DNA of 58,259 nt. Origin: Nanobdellati archaeon (GTDB taxonomy: Archaea > Nanobdellota > Nanobdellia > UBA10117). Shown here piece by piece: positions 19,343 to 28,491 of this stretch. The translations under genes and the position numbers were made by a program. The DNA is taken from contig JACQKZ010000012.1 of assembly GCA_016204275.1 (NCBI GenBank), positions 1 through 58,259 of the forward strand, in the 5' to 3' direction. The notes under the pieces are model-generated. The model worked only from the letters and a program-made list of their open reading frames with translations, had not been told where the DNA came from and did no database searches. The stretch's first letter is position 1. Each line of letters begins with the position of its first letter.

Positions 19343-19427
19343 ACTGTATTTTGTGTGTTTCATGCTCAAAAAGCGCCATAACAGTTAATATAGACAGCTT
19401 TAAAAACCCATCGGCACGCATTTCTAT

Positions 19428-20606
19428 ATGCAAATCGGTTCAAGAGCGGAATGGGATACATTACGGGACGTAATAGTACACGGTTTGGGCATGGAGATAC
19501 TTTTCGGGCTCTTGCATCCAAGAGCAAATTTATACAAGAGCACATTTAGCCGCATGGCCGCAGCCAAGGAGCACCAAAAACTTCAGGATGTTTTAACTGG
19601 CGAGGGCGTGCGCGTTCACCGTGTCGAAGATGCCCTTAAACAAAACAGAAGGTGCCTAGTAGAACTCGCAATGGCCTGCCTGGATTTCGAGGACGAGACT
19701 GCTGGCAAGATAACCACCACAAGAGAAAAGGAACGGGTTGTGCGTGGCTTGGATGTTGATGACTTAGTTGCAGCAGTTTATCTGCAGCCGACAGCAGTCG
19801 TTGTCCGCGGCGATGGCATAAATTCTAGCGATAGAGTAGACTTGTACAAACTTTGGCCGTTGACAAATTCATATTTTATGCGCGATTCGTTCATAACAAC
19901 CGACAGGGGAATTGTAATCGGCAGAATGGCAACTGAGCAGAGGGAGGAAGAAACAGAAATAACAAAAGCTGCACTGCGCGCGATGGGCATTAAGCCAATT
20001 TATACAATGCAAAATAATCGCACAGAACCGCTGTCTATGGAGGGTGGCGATTTTATCCCTGCAGGCAACATATGCTTTATCGGCCGCGGGCTGCGGACTA
20101 CAACAGGCGCAATCAGGCAGCTCTTAAGCAATAATTGCCTTGGTTCTGACATTGTTGGAGTTGTTGACGGGCCTAAGGACATGGATCAGATGCATTTAGA
20201 TACATGGTTTAACTTGCCTGCAAAAGATACAGCAATTGTATGCGGGCCGACGCTCCGAGACGCAAATACTACTGTTACACTCTATGCCCGAGATGGCGGA
20301 AGATATAATAAAATAACGCAAAAACCACAAAGCTTTAGAGATTATCTAACTAAAGAGCTTGGTTATCGCATATGCGAAGTAAGCGATAGGCTGCAAAGAG
20401 CGCACGCTACAAATATTCTGACAGTCAAAGATGGAAAAATAGTCGTACCTTACGTTAGTAAAGAATATTCGCGCACACTTACAAAGTTAGGCATAGATAT
20501 TGTATCTGACCCAAGCGAAAAGGCTAAAAAGGGTCTATCGTTAGAAAATATTACAAAAGGCTGGGGCGGGCCACATTGTTTGACTAATGGCTTGCTCAGA
20601 GCGTAG
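19428..20606 (+). CDS. arginine deiminase-like enzyme (guanidino-group modifying superfamily)
   Basis: MHLDTWFN motif and a C-terminal catalytic-Cys context GWGGPHCLT. 392 aa. The substrate (arginine versus agmatine or other) is not determinable by eye. Confidence 0.6.
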   Translation: MQIGSRAEWDTLRDVIVHGLGMEILFGLLHPRANLYKSTFSRMAAAKEHQKLQDVLTGEGVRVHRVEDALKQNRRCLVELAMACLDFEDETAGKITTTREKERVVRGLDVDDLVAAVYLQPTAVVVRGDGINSSDRVDLYKLWPLTNSYFMRDSFITTDRGIVIGRMATEQREEETEITKAALRAMGIKPIYTMQNNRTEPLSMEGGDFIPAGNICFIGRGLRTTTGAIRQLLSNNCLGSDIVGVVDGPKDMDQMHLDTWFNLPAKDTAIVCGPTLRDANTTVTLYARDGGRYNKITQKPQSFRDYLTKELGYRICEVSDRLQRAHATNILTVKDGKIVVPYVSKEYSRTLTKLGIDIVSDPSEKAKKGLSLENITKGWGGPHCLTNGLLRA

Positions 20607-20614
20607 TTACTGGA

Positions 20615-22105
20615 ATGAGTCAAGATAAAGACCAATGGGGGCTGGCATCTAAGTCGCTCAGTACTGACCATTTGGAAATTAATGCTGAAGGACATGTTAC
20701 TATTACACCCAACGGTTTGCGCATAGATGTTTACAAATTAGCGAAACAGTACGGCACGCCACTCGAAATTCTTTTGCCGGGCATAATAACCGAGCGGGCG
20801 CAATACCTGCGCAGTTGTTTTAGCAATGCTATTGCTTTTGCGGGTTACACTGGTACGTATTCACACTGCTTCCCACTAAAGAGCAATCCCCTGCCCGATG
20901 TAGTCAGGGCTGCAGTGGCCGGCGGAACAAGCGTAGAAGTTGGTACAAATGGCGAGGCATTCATTGCTGAGAGGATGTATCACCATGGCGAGCTGGCCAG
21001 GGATGCAGTTGTAATCTGCAACGGCGCAAAAGAACAAAATTATCTTCGCAGGATTTTAGAGCTGCAGAAAAATGGCTTTAATACAATTCCCATAATAGAA
21101 GCAGAGCAGGAATATTTCTTAATAAAAGATCTTATGGGAAAACTGAATATGGATCACGTTAAAACCGGTTTGCGCGTAAGAACAGGCATCGATTTGATGG
21201 GCGCCACGCGATGGAATTCAGCAACGGAACAGAATCCATTTGGCCTGAAAACAAATGATGCCCTGCGTTTCGTTGAAGATTACATCGCAAAGGACAGCGC
21301 AGTCCAGGTAGAGGTTTTGCATAGCCATGCAGGTTCGCAAATAGAGGATTTAGAAGCAATGGTTAGTGCGATTGGCGCAGTCTCAGAAGTCTATGTAAAA
21401 TTGCGGCAAAGGATTGACGCCCTGAAATTTATTGATGTTGGCGGAGGCTTGCCAGTAGCGTATAACAAAAAACCGCTATTTTCAGTAAGTGATTATGCTA
21501 ATCGGGCAGTCCAAGTGATTAAAGAAAAATGCAACGGCGCAGGCCTGCCAGACCCAAACATAATCGTAGAAGCTGGAAGATGGACTTGCGCGCCAGCACA
21601 GTTTACAGTATTTGGCACGCATTATCCAAAACCCGTAGTTGATGGCCTTAGATTTATACGGATCGATGGCAGCCTTATGACTGACTTGCCAGACACATGG
21701 GGAGTTTCCCAGGAATTTCTAGTAGTGCCTGTGAATGGCGCACATCTGCCCGCACTAAACAAGTACTGGCTGGCCGGCATGACATGTGATTCTGATGATG
21801 TTTATCCGTCAAAAGACCATACTGGAAAGGCGATGGAGTCTTTGCCAGTTGTATTGTTGCCCGACGTTGACGAGCAGTGCAGATGGAAGGAAAACGGCGA
21901 GAAGGCATATATCGGCGTACTTGCAACAGGCGCCTACCAAGATTCTCTTAGCGGTATGAAGGGAGTAAAGCACTGTCTGGTACCAGAAGCCAAAAAAATA
22001 AGAATAGAACCGGACGGCACAATTAAAGTAATAGTTGAGCGGCCCACGCCAAGCGATGTAGCTGAGAGACTAAATTGGAAATTTAATAATAGTAATAAGA
22101 ATTAG
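20615..22105 (+). CDS. speA: PLP-dependent arginine decarboxylase-like enzyme (Orn/DAP/Arg decarboxylase fold)
   Basis: PLP-Lys context CFPLKSNP, HSHAGSQ, DVGGGLPV, GMTCDSDD. 496 aa, shorter than classical SpeA. Confidence 0.65.
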   Translation: MSQDKDQWGLASKSLSTDHLEINAEGHVTITPNGLRIDVYKLAKQYGTPLEILLPGIITERAQYLRSCFSNAIAFAGYTGTYSHCFPLKSNPLPDVVRAAVAGGTSVEVGTNGEAFIAERMYHHGELARDAVVICNGAKEQNYLRRILELQKNGFNTIPIIEAEQEYFLIKDLMGKLNMDHVKTGLRVRTGIDLMGATRWNSATEQNPFGLKTNDALRFVEDYIAKDSAVQVEVLHSHAGSQIEDLEAMVSAIGAVSEVYVKLRQRIDALKFIDVGGGLPVAYNKKPLFSVSDYANRAVQVIKEKCNGAGLPDPNIIVEAGRWTCAPAQFTVFGTHYPKPVVDGLRFIRIDGSLMTDLPDTWGVSQEFLVVPVNGAHLPALNKYWLAGMTCDSDDVYPSKDHTGKAMESLPVVLLPDVDEQCRWKENGEKAYIGVLATGAYQDSLSGMKGVKHCLVPEAKKIRIEPDGTIKVIVERPTPSDVAERLNWKFNNSNKN

Positions 22106-22117
22106 TTTTAGCTTCAT

Positions 22118-24076
22118 TTACATTTTTTCTAATTTTTGTATTCCGATTAGATTAAAGCACGATTCCAGGGCTATTTGTGTAGCCCTTACTAATTCCAGCC
22201 TCATTTGCTTTTGTGCTGGGTCAGCAGTCATGACTGGGCATTTTTCGTAAAACTCGTTAAATGCCGCGCACAATCTCAAAGTATATTGCGGCAGGGCACT
22301 TACATTATATGTTTGCGAAATTGCATGTATTGTGGCTGGAAGATTTATTATCATTGACGCAAGGCGCTTATCATGTGGAGTTAACTGAGACATATCGCTC
22401 TTGACTGTCGTTGGAGTTTCACCAGCCTTTTTTAATATGTTGCTCGCCCGCACATAAGTATACAAGCAATACGGAGCAGACTCTGCAGCAAAATTAAGCA
22501 TTCTTTTTAAGTCATATACAATTTTTTTGTTGCGGTCTGAATTTATCAAGAAAAATCTTGTCGCGCCGATCGCAAGTTTTTCAGCATATTCGTTTAGCTC
22601 GCCTTCGGTTACTGCTATGTCGCGCTCGGCGAAACGTTTTTTGAATTCCTCGCTGGCCGCATGGACAATGTGGTCTAAAACAGCATCTACATGGCTGCCC
22701 ACCCAATTACCAGACCGGCCAGAGAATCTGCCTTCTGGCAGGACTGCATGTTCATACGAAAGATGATATGAATTATTTGCTTGTTCGGGGTAGCCCAAAA
22801 TGCGCAGGCTTTCCTTTACAACTTTTTGCGGCCATTTTTGCTCTTGGCCGATTACATTTATCACGTTATTTGCTGAAGCAAATGGCATGTCTGTGCCCTT
22901 CCCAACGCGAGTTGTCCATAAGACTTGGCCGTTTGGCTGTGTTAAATATGGCTCGTATTTGAAATTAATAGATGTCAGGCCAAATTTCCACATCTGGAAT
23001 GCAATGTCCTTGCCAGTGTAAACTGCAGTGCTATCTGAGCGGACAAGTATTTTATATGATTTTTTCTGATCGGCGAATTCAGGGCCAGCCGTTGACATGT
23101 CCATTACGATGCAGCCCGCATCCTCGCCTTCAGTAAGTTTGTAAACCCTGCCAGTCTTTTGCAGTTTTGCCAGCGTTTCATCAAATAATTTTACGCCAAC
23201 AATGTCGCTTTCCCATACTAGTAAATCGTAAAGAATGTTCATGCGCCCCGCAGTTTGCAGTTGGGCGCGTACGCTTTCATCCGCGAATCTTTTGGCAGCA
23301 ATTGCAGTTTCATTGTTGCCTGCTTCCATCTGGTGCAGTGTCTGCTCAATCTGATGTTTGATATTATTTTGCAAATTTTTGGTTTGTGCGGCGATTTCTG
23401 CCAGTGTTGTTTCGTTACCCTTCTCTCTGGCATCCACCTCTTTTTTTTCAAGCTGTGCGGATGTTGAGTAAACCAAACCCTGCCAAAAATCTAGTTTTGG
23501 TGCATTTTCTGGCAGGCTTTTCAAGTGCGTAATGCCCCAGTAAACTGTCGCAACTTGCCTGCCAAGGTCATCTATGTAATTAAGAACTTCAACATCCAAG
23601 CCAGCCGCCCTTGCACATCGCGCATAAACATCGCCAAGAACGGAATTTCTAGCGTGGCCCATGTGCCATGGCTTGCCAGGATTAACTCCAGTATGTTCGA
23701 TTAGGACTTTTTTGCCGCTTTTTGGCAGATTGACATACGCAGGCCCAGTTTCAAGAATATCTTTTAGCATCTGAGCCATATATTCGTTGCTGAAAGTAAA
23801 ATTTACAAATGCGTTGAACGGGACAGCTTCACTGAATTCAGGCGGCAAGGCAACAGTTCTTGCGATTTCTGCAGATATATTTTCAGGTGACTCACCGACA
23901 GCCTTAGAAAGTACAAAACATGGCAAGCAAAGATCGGCAGCGATACTTGGAGGTGGCGATGCCACAATTTCCTCTAAATCTATTTTATTTGTAGTACAAA
24001 TTTCTGATAGTGGTTGATTCTTAATTCTAACTTGGGCTAATGCCTGCATTAGTGCGGTTCTAGCTTTCATCGTCAT
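22118..24076 (-). CDS. argS: arginyl-tRNA synthetase
   Basis: NPGKPWHMGHARNSVLGD (HIGH region) and a C-terminal anticodon-binding domain ending in Met. 652 aa. Confidence 0.9.
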   Translation of the reverse strand: MTMKARTALMQALAQVRIKNQPLSEICTTNKIDLEEIVASPPPSIAADLCLPCFVLSKAVGESPENISAEIARTVALPPEFSEAVPFNAFVNFTFSNEYMAQMLKDILETGPAYVNLPKSGKKVLIEHTGVNPGKPWHMGHARNSVLGDVYARCARAAGLDVEVLNYIDDLGRQVATVYWGITHLKSLPENAPKLDFWQGLVYSTSAQLEKKEVDAREKGNETTLAEIAAQTKNLQNNIKHQIEQTLHQMEAGNNETAIAAKRFADESVRAQLQTAGRMNILYDLLVWESDIVGVKLFDETLAKLQKTGRVYKLTEGEDAGCIVMDMSTAGPEFADQKKSYKILVRSDSTAVYTGKDIAFQMWKFGLTSINFKYEPYLTQPNGQVLWTTRVGKGTDMPFASANNVINVIGQEQKWPQKVVKESLRILGYPEQANNSYHLSYEHAVLPEGRFSGRSGNWVGSHVDAVLDHIVHAASEEFKKRFAERDIAVTEGELNEYAEKLAIGATRFFLINSDRNKKIVYDLKRMLNFAAESAPYCLYTYVRASNILKKAGETPTTVKSDMSQLTPHDKRLASMIINLPATIHAISQTYNVSALPQYTLRLCAAFNEFYEKCPVMTADPAQKQMRLELVRATQIALESCFNLIGIQKLEKM

Positions 24077-24248
24077 ATATTCACTATTGCATATAGATTT
24101 ATAAATGCTTCGGTTGGCATCCAGTTAATTAAACGAGCAGCGAGTTTAACTTACTTTTAACCACGCCCATTATAAAGAATATTTTTGTTGGTACCATTTT
24201 TATCTGCACCGATTGTTTTTTAAAATATATGCATTTAAACGTATTTGT

Positions 24249-24620
24249 ATGGAAATAACACCGCAGGAATTGAAAAAAGAATTAGACACAAAGAAAAAAA
24301 TCCTGATTGTCGATGTCAGGCAGCCAGAGGAATTTGATTTCGTGCATCTCGAGGGCTCGAAAAATATTCCACTGCCGGAATTCCAATCGCGCGTAAGTGA
24401 AATCCCGAAAGATGCTGGCATTGTAACTGTCTGCCATCACGGAAACAGAAGCATGCAGGCCGCAGTTATTCTAAACTCGCTTGGCTACAAAGCAAGAAGT
24501 TTGAAGGGCGGGCAGTATGAATGGGCAAAGCAGATTGATAAAAAGATGAAGTACTATAACGCAGAAACTTATTACGAAAACGGAAAAATCAAGTGCGAGG
24601 TTTGGGAAGTTAAGGATTAA
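24249..24620 (+). CDS. rhodanese-domain sulfurtransferase
   Basis: IVDVRQPEEF..HLEGSKNIP and active-site loop CHHGNRS. Start trimmed to MEITPQEL. Confidence 0.8.
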   Translation: MEITPQELKKELDTKKKILIVDVRQPEEFDFVHLEGSKNIPLPEFQSRVSEIPKDAGIVTVCHHGNRSMQAAVILNSLGYKARSLKGGQYEWAKQIDKKMKYYNAETYYENGKIKCEVWEVKD

Positions 24621-25583
24621 TTATTTCTCCCAGAACTTCCTTGCCGGCGCAATAATCTTTTTCAATTCCTTCGCAACTGCGTTTTTCAAGTCCATTGGAT
24701 GGAGCTTGCCAGCCACAAAATCAGTTTCTAACTGCAAGTAGCCTTCGTAATTAACATTTCCGCCGAATTTTTCGGGCCTTTCAATCAATAATCCTTTGTC
24801 GCGCGGAAATATGATTAATTTCACCAACTGCATGACTGCGTTATTTTCTATAACTTTTGCGGGGCAGTATGCATTCTTAATTGATTTTTCAATTTCTTCG
24901 TCAGAATCGTCAAGTGAAATTCCTGAGCCAGGGATTGACTTCGACATTTTTTTGCCTGCCCCAAGAAGTGAAACTACCATTGGCGTGTGCATGCAGATTG
25001 GCTTTGGCCAGCCAACCTCAGGCAGGTTTTCCCTGGCCAGCATGTGGACTTTTCTCTGATCAATTCCGCCAAGGGCAACATCGCACCCAAGCGCTTTGAT
25101 GTCCTCTGCCTGCATCAACGGGTAAAGCATCTGCGAGATTTTTGCGTTTTCAATATCCCTTGCTAATTCCTGCATCGCCCTCAGCCCACGCTGAACGCTG
25201 ATTTTCAGCGACATATTGATAACATCCATCCAATATTCTTTTTTGAACTGAAAATCTGAGCCTTTGACAAATTCTGCATCCAATCCGAATGCTTTGATAC
25301 CTTTTTCCCATATTTTGCACTGCCTGTCGATTTCCGCCTTGTCGCCCTTGAGGTTTGTGTAGGCATGCATATCTGCCAGAAGGACTTTTACCTTGAAGCC
25401 TGCTTTCTGCAAGTCCATCAGCTTTGTAATTGTAACCATGTTGCCGAGGTGCGGAGCGCGGGACGGCTCGTATCCGCAGTAGACGACTGGATGTTTCTTT
25501 TTCTTGAGAAGTTCTGCCAACTCGCTTTCTTCTATTATCTCAACTGTGTTTCTTTTGATTAGATTTAATTTTTCAGTGTCCAT
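24621..25583 (-). CDS. tyrS: tyrosyl-tRNA synthetase (archaeal type)
   Basis: YCGYEPSRAPHLGN (HIGH-type motif), KMSKS present. 320 aa. Confidence 0.9.
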   Translation of the reverse strand: MDTEKLNLIKRNTVEIIEESELAELLKKKKHPVVYCGYEPSRAPHLGNMVTITKLMDLQKAGFKVKVLLADMHAYTNLKGDKAEIDRQCKIWEKGIKAFGLDAEFVKGSDFQFKKEYWMDVINMSLKISVQRGLRAMQELARDIENAKISQMLYPLMQAEDIKALGCDVALGGIDQRKVHMLARENLPEVGWPKPICMHTPMVVSLLGAGKKMSKSIPGSGISLDDSDEEIEKSIKNAYCPAKVIENNAVMQLVKLIIFPRDKGLLIERPEKFGGNVNYEGYLQLETDFVAGKLHPMDLKNAVAKELKKIIAPARKFWEK

Positions 25584-26620
25584 GTTTTATTATTCTCCTT
25601 TTGGTTTATTAATGTTTGCTTGGTCCCGCAGGCCTGAGTTGAACAGGCAACCTCCCGGGCTACAGCCGGGCGCTCTGGCCATTGAGCTACTGCAGGATTT
25701 AGAGAATTAACTGCCGAGTTTGCCAGAATTTCCATTGTGTCAAAAATTTCGGAGCCATCGGACGCAATTATAAGTTGCAAATCAGTGCAGGCTAACAATA
25801 TTACATCTGCGCCGCGCTTTTTCAGGCCGGAAATTATCATGTGCAGTTTTTTTGAATCTGTTTTATTTGTCTGGCCAGTCCGCAAAACATTTTTTATCGC
25901 GCGCAGGATTGATTCTTGCTCGGTATCGTTTGGAATTACAGTGTTGATGTTTTCCTTTGCCAGCGCGTTTTGGAATAGGTTTGAATTTATTGTTGATGTT
26001 GTTGCAAGCAGGCCTGCGCATTTCACACTCTTTTCTTTGAACTCTGAAATTATTTCGTCTACAATGCTTATTATTGGAACATCTGATAGTTCACGGAATA
26101 TATCAATAAACAGATGCAACGTGTTGCATGGAATAACTATAAAATCTACATTGGCGGAATTAAGCTTTTTTATACAATCTATAGCAAACGGCAGCAAAAG
26201 CCGCGGGTTGTTGCTGATCGCCTCTTTTTCCAGGTCTAGCGGAACTGCGGCGTTTGCCAGCACTACTTTTGGCCTGCCCTTTGCCAGCTTTCTTGACAAT
26301 GAGATTAATCTTGTAAAGAACTCTGCAGTTGTTTCAGGCCCGAAACCGCCAACAACACCGATCACCGGCGCCTTTTCGCATAGGGCATCGCGCACATGCT
26401 TATTTATTTCAATTGAATGCGAATTGCCGAAAGTAACAATTCCAAGCTTCTGCAAAACCCTCAGATTATGCCAAACCGTTGATTTTGGCACATCTTTTAT
26501 AGAAGAAACAAATTGCGTAGCAGTCCCGTTAAATGAAACTAGTTTCACCAGCAAAAGCTTCTGCTTATCACTGAGAGAAAATTCAAGCAGCCGTTTGATA
26601 AAGAGAGTCCCGACTATCAA
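25565..26620 (-). CDS. winged-helix DNA-binding domain fused to aspartate/glutamate racemase
   Basis: About 90 aa of N-terminal HTH-like sequence (..STVWHNLRVLQKLGIV..), then racemase motifs VGGFGPETT and LLACTDL. The ORF has no stop until 25565, so its last 45 or so codons run through the tRNA-Tyr gene. Confidence 0.7.
   Translation of the reverse strand: MIVGTLFIKRLLEFSLSDKQKLLLVKLVSFNGTATQFVSSIKDVPKSTVWHNLRVLQKLGIVTFGNSHSIEINKHVRDALCEKAPVIGVVGGFGPETTAEFFTRLISLSRKLAKGRPKVVLANAAVPLDLEKEAISNNPRLLLPFAIDCIKKLNSANVDFIVIPCNTLHLFIDIFRELSDVPIISIVDEIISEFKEKSVKCAGLLATTSTINSNLFQNALAKENINTVIPNDTEQESILRAIKNVLRTGQTNKTDSKKLHMIISGLKKRGADVILLACTDLQLIIASDGSEIFDTMEILANSAVNSLNPAVAQWPERPAVAREVACSTQACGTKQTLINQKENNKTWTLKN
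25621..25696 (-). tRNA. tRNA-Tyr: tRNA-Tyr (GUA), intron-less, CCA encoded
   Basis: Hand fold: acceptor CCTGCAG/CTGCGGG, D arm GCTC/GAGC, anticodon arm CCCGG-CTGTAGC-CCGGG, T arm GCCTG-TTCAACT-CAGGC, discriminator A followed by CCA. Confidence 0.85.
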
Positions 26621-26713
26621 CGCAATTCCTTGTTTCTTTTCTGCTCAAATCGGTTTCCATAATTGTTTGTTGTAAGATATACTTTATAAATGTTTTGTAC
26701 AACTTTTATCGCA

Positions 26714-27283
26714 CTACTTTTTCAATTCATGCGCCAAATAAATCAAAAATGGGCCTGCCCGTCCATCTGTAAAAACTGAATTTCCATAATCTGCCGCAGT
26801 CAAAACAACATTAAACATGCCAGTATCACTTGCTTCCTTGAAGTGTGACTGTAGGCCACCCCATTCATGGCGCCCCAGCCTCTTCAGCTCTGCAATATTA
26901 TCAACCCTTGCTATTAGCGCGTCTAGATTTTCTATGAAAAACAGCGGGCGGTAGTCAAAGTGCCTTACGTCTGCCCCGCCAGCCAGAATTTCGTGGCTGT
27001 CCACGGCATCGGCCATGTATTTTCTTACTTCTTCTGTTGTTTTCAACTCGCCAGCCCGTTCAGCAGAGATGAAGGCTGGCCTGCATTTTAATTTGAATTC
27101 GTTTTGCCCCAAGTACGTTAAAGTTTCCCCGTAAAGCTGGCGCAGAAATTTATTATAATCAATTGCTGGATCGTTTGTGTAGACTAAATGACCCTGCATC
27201 GTGCCGCCGGCCAGCCAGTGTGATAAGCTATCAAACCAGCGCTGCCTGATTTGGCCTTTGACTGCCCTAAGCGTTTCTGCCAT
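26714..27283 (-). CDS. hypothetical protein
   Basis: ORF trimmed to MAETLRAV (189 aa). No motif recognised. Confidence 0.5.
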   Translation of the reverse strand: MAETLRAVKGQIRQRWFDSLSHWLAGGTMQGHLVYTNDPAIDYNKFLRQLYGETLTYLGQNEFKLKCRPAFISAERAGELKTTEEVRKYMADAVDSHEILAGGADVRHFDYRPLFFIENLDALIARVDNIAELKRLGRHEWGGLQSHFKEASDTGMFNVVLTAADYGNSVFTDGRAGPFLIYLAHELKK

Positions 27284-27325
27284 GTAAAATTTGCAGATTG
27301 TATATTTTATAAACCTGCCGACATA

Positions 27326-28111
27326 ATGCATATCATGGAAGTCCGTCTCCAAGTCTATCTGGCCCGTGCAGGCCTCGCTCCATCAAGGCGTAAGGCCGAG
27401 GAGCTCATCAAGGCCGGCAAGGTTTTGGTGAACAGGAAAGTTGCCACCCTCGGAACAAAAGTTGATGCAAAGAAAGACAAAATAACATTTTCCGGCGAAA
27501 AAATTGAGGCTGTAAAAAATAAAGTTTATGTTATGCTGAACAAGCCAGCCGGCTACCTTGTTGCAAAATCTGATGAACGCGGCAGGAAGCTGGCAATAGA
27601 TTTATTGCGGCAGCCCTCGGCTGACAGCAAGAAGTTGAGTGATGCAGAATTTAATTCCATCTTCAACATCGGCCGTTTGGATTTTAATTCCGAAGGCCTG
27701 CTGCTGTTCACGAATGACGGGCAGTTTGCAGACATAATCACCCACCCGCGCGAGCATGTAAACAAAACATATATAGTAAAAGTTTCGGGAAGAATTTCTG
27801 AGGAAAAAATTGGCAAGCTGTTGCGCGGCGTAAAAGTTGTTGCTGAGCAGGATGGCAAGCCAGTCGAATATTTTTCGCGGTTCAAACAAATTCGGGTTTT
27901 GGGCAGGGGGGAGTTCTCAGTAATTTTGATAAAAATTTCGCAGGGCAGGAAACGGCAGGTCCGCAGAACGCTGAGCGCAGTCGGCCATGAAGTCCTTGCC
28001 TTAAAGAGAGTCGCAATTGGAAATCTGAAACTCGGCGAGTTGCCGGCAGGAAAATGGAGGTACCTAAACTCCGGCGAGGTACGGACGATCACCCAAACAT
28101 CATCTGCTTAA
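27326..28111 (+). CDS. pseudouridine synthase, RsuA/RluB family, with an S4 domain
   Basis: S4-like N-terminus RLQVYLARAGLAPSRRKAEELIKAGKVLVN and catalytic motif IGRLDFNSEGLLLFTNDG. Start trimmed to an internal Met. Confidence 0.8.
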   Translation: MHIMEVRLQVYLARAGLAPSRRKAEELIKAGKVLVNRKVATLGTKVDAKKDKITFSGEKIEAVKNKVYVMLNKPAGYLVAKSDERGRKLAIDLLRQPSADSKKLSDAEFNSIFNIGRLDFNSEGLLLFTNDGQFADIITHPREHVNKTYIVKVSGRISEEKIGKLLRGVKVVAEQDGKPVEYFSRFKQIRVLGRGEFSVILIKISQGRKRQVRRTLSAVGHEVLALKRVAIGNLKLGELPAGKWRYLNSGEVRTITQTSSA

Positions 28112-28379
28112 GCTCTTCAGAAGGCTGCCACGGCGGCTCGAAGGTAAGTTCTATCTCCGTACTCTTCACGCCTGCGATCTTGCAGACTTTTTCTTTTATA
28201 TCATTAATCAGCATGTCGCCGTACGGGCAGAACGGCGTTGTCAAAGTCATTTTTATATAAATAATGCCGCTCTCTTTAATCTGCAAATCGTAAATCAGGC
28301 CAAGCGTCCAGACATCAATATGAATCTCTGGATCTTCACAGTTCTTCAGGGCTTCGATAACTTCTTCTTTTGAAACCAT
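28089..28379 (-). CDS. DUF59/SufT-like Fe-S assembly protein
   Basis: Motifs DPEIHIDVWTLGLIY and TLTTPFCP. 96 aa. Confidence 0.8.
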   Translation of the reverse strand: MVSKEEVIEALKNCEDPEIHIDVWTLGLIYDLQIKESGIIYIKMTLTTPFCPYGDMLINDIKEKVCKIAGVKSTEIELTFEPPWQPSEELKQMMFG

Positions 28380-28460
28380 AAACTTGGATGTATTTCGGGT
28401 TATTTAAGTATTACCCGAATATTATAAGAAGTAAGCCAGTATGGTGCGCTTCGCACGAAA

Positions 28461-28471
28461 GGTTTAAAAAG
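28461..28471 (+). promoter_or_regulatory. putative TATA-like box for the giant-protein operon
   Basis: GGTTTAAAAAG centred about 26 nt upstream of the ATG at 28492. Same box type as upstream of the tRNA genes. Confidence 0.35.
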
Positions 28472-28491
28472 CCATATACAATATTGCAAGT

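Noticed and set aside
25737-26675. A 312-aa plus-strand ORF.
   Set aside because: It is antisense to the wHTH-racemase gene, which has clear family motifs. Its composition is Ser/Phe/Ile-rich and typical of a shadow ORF.
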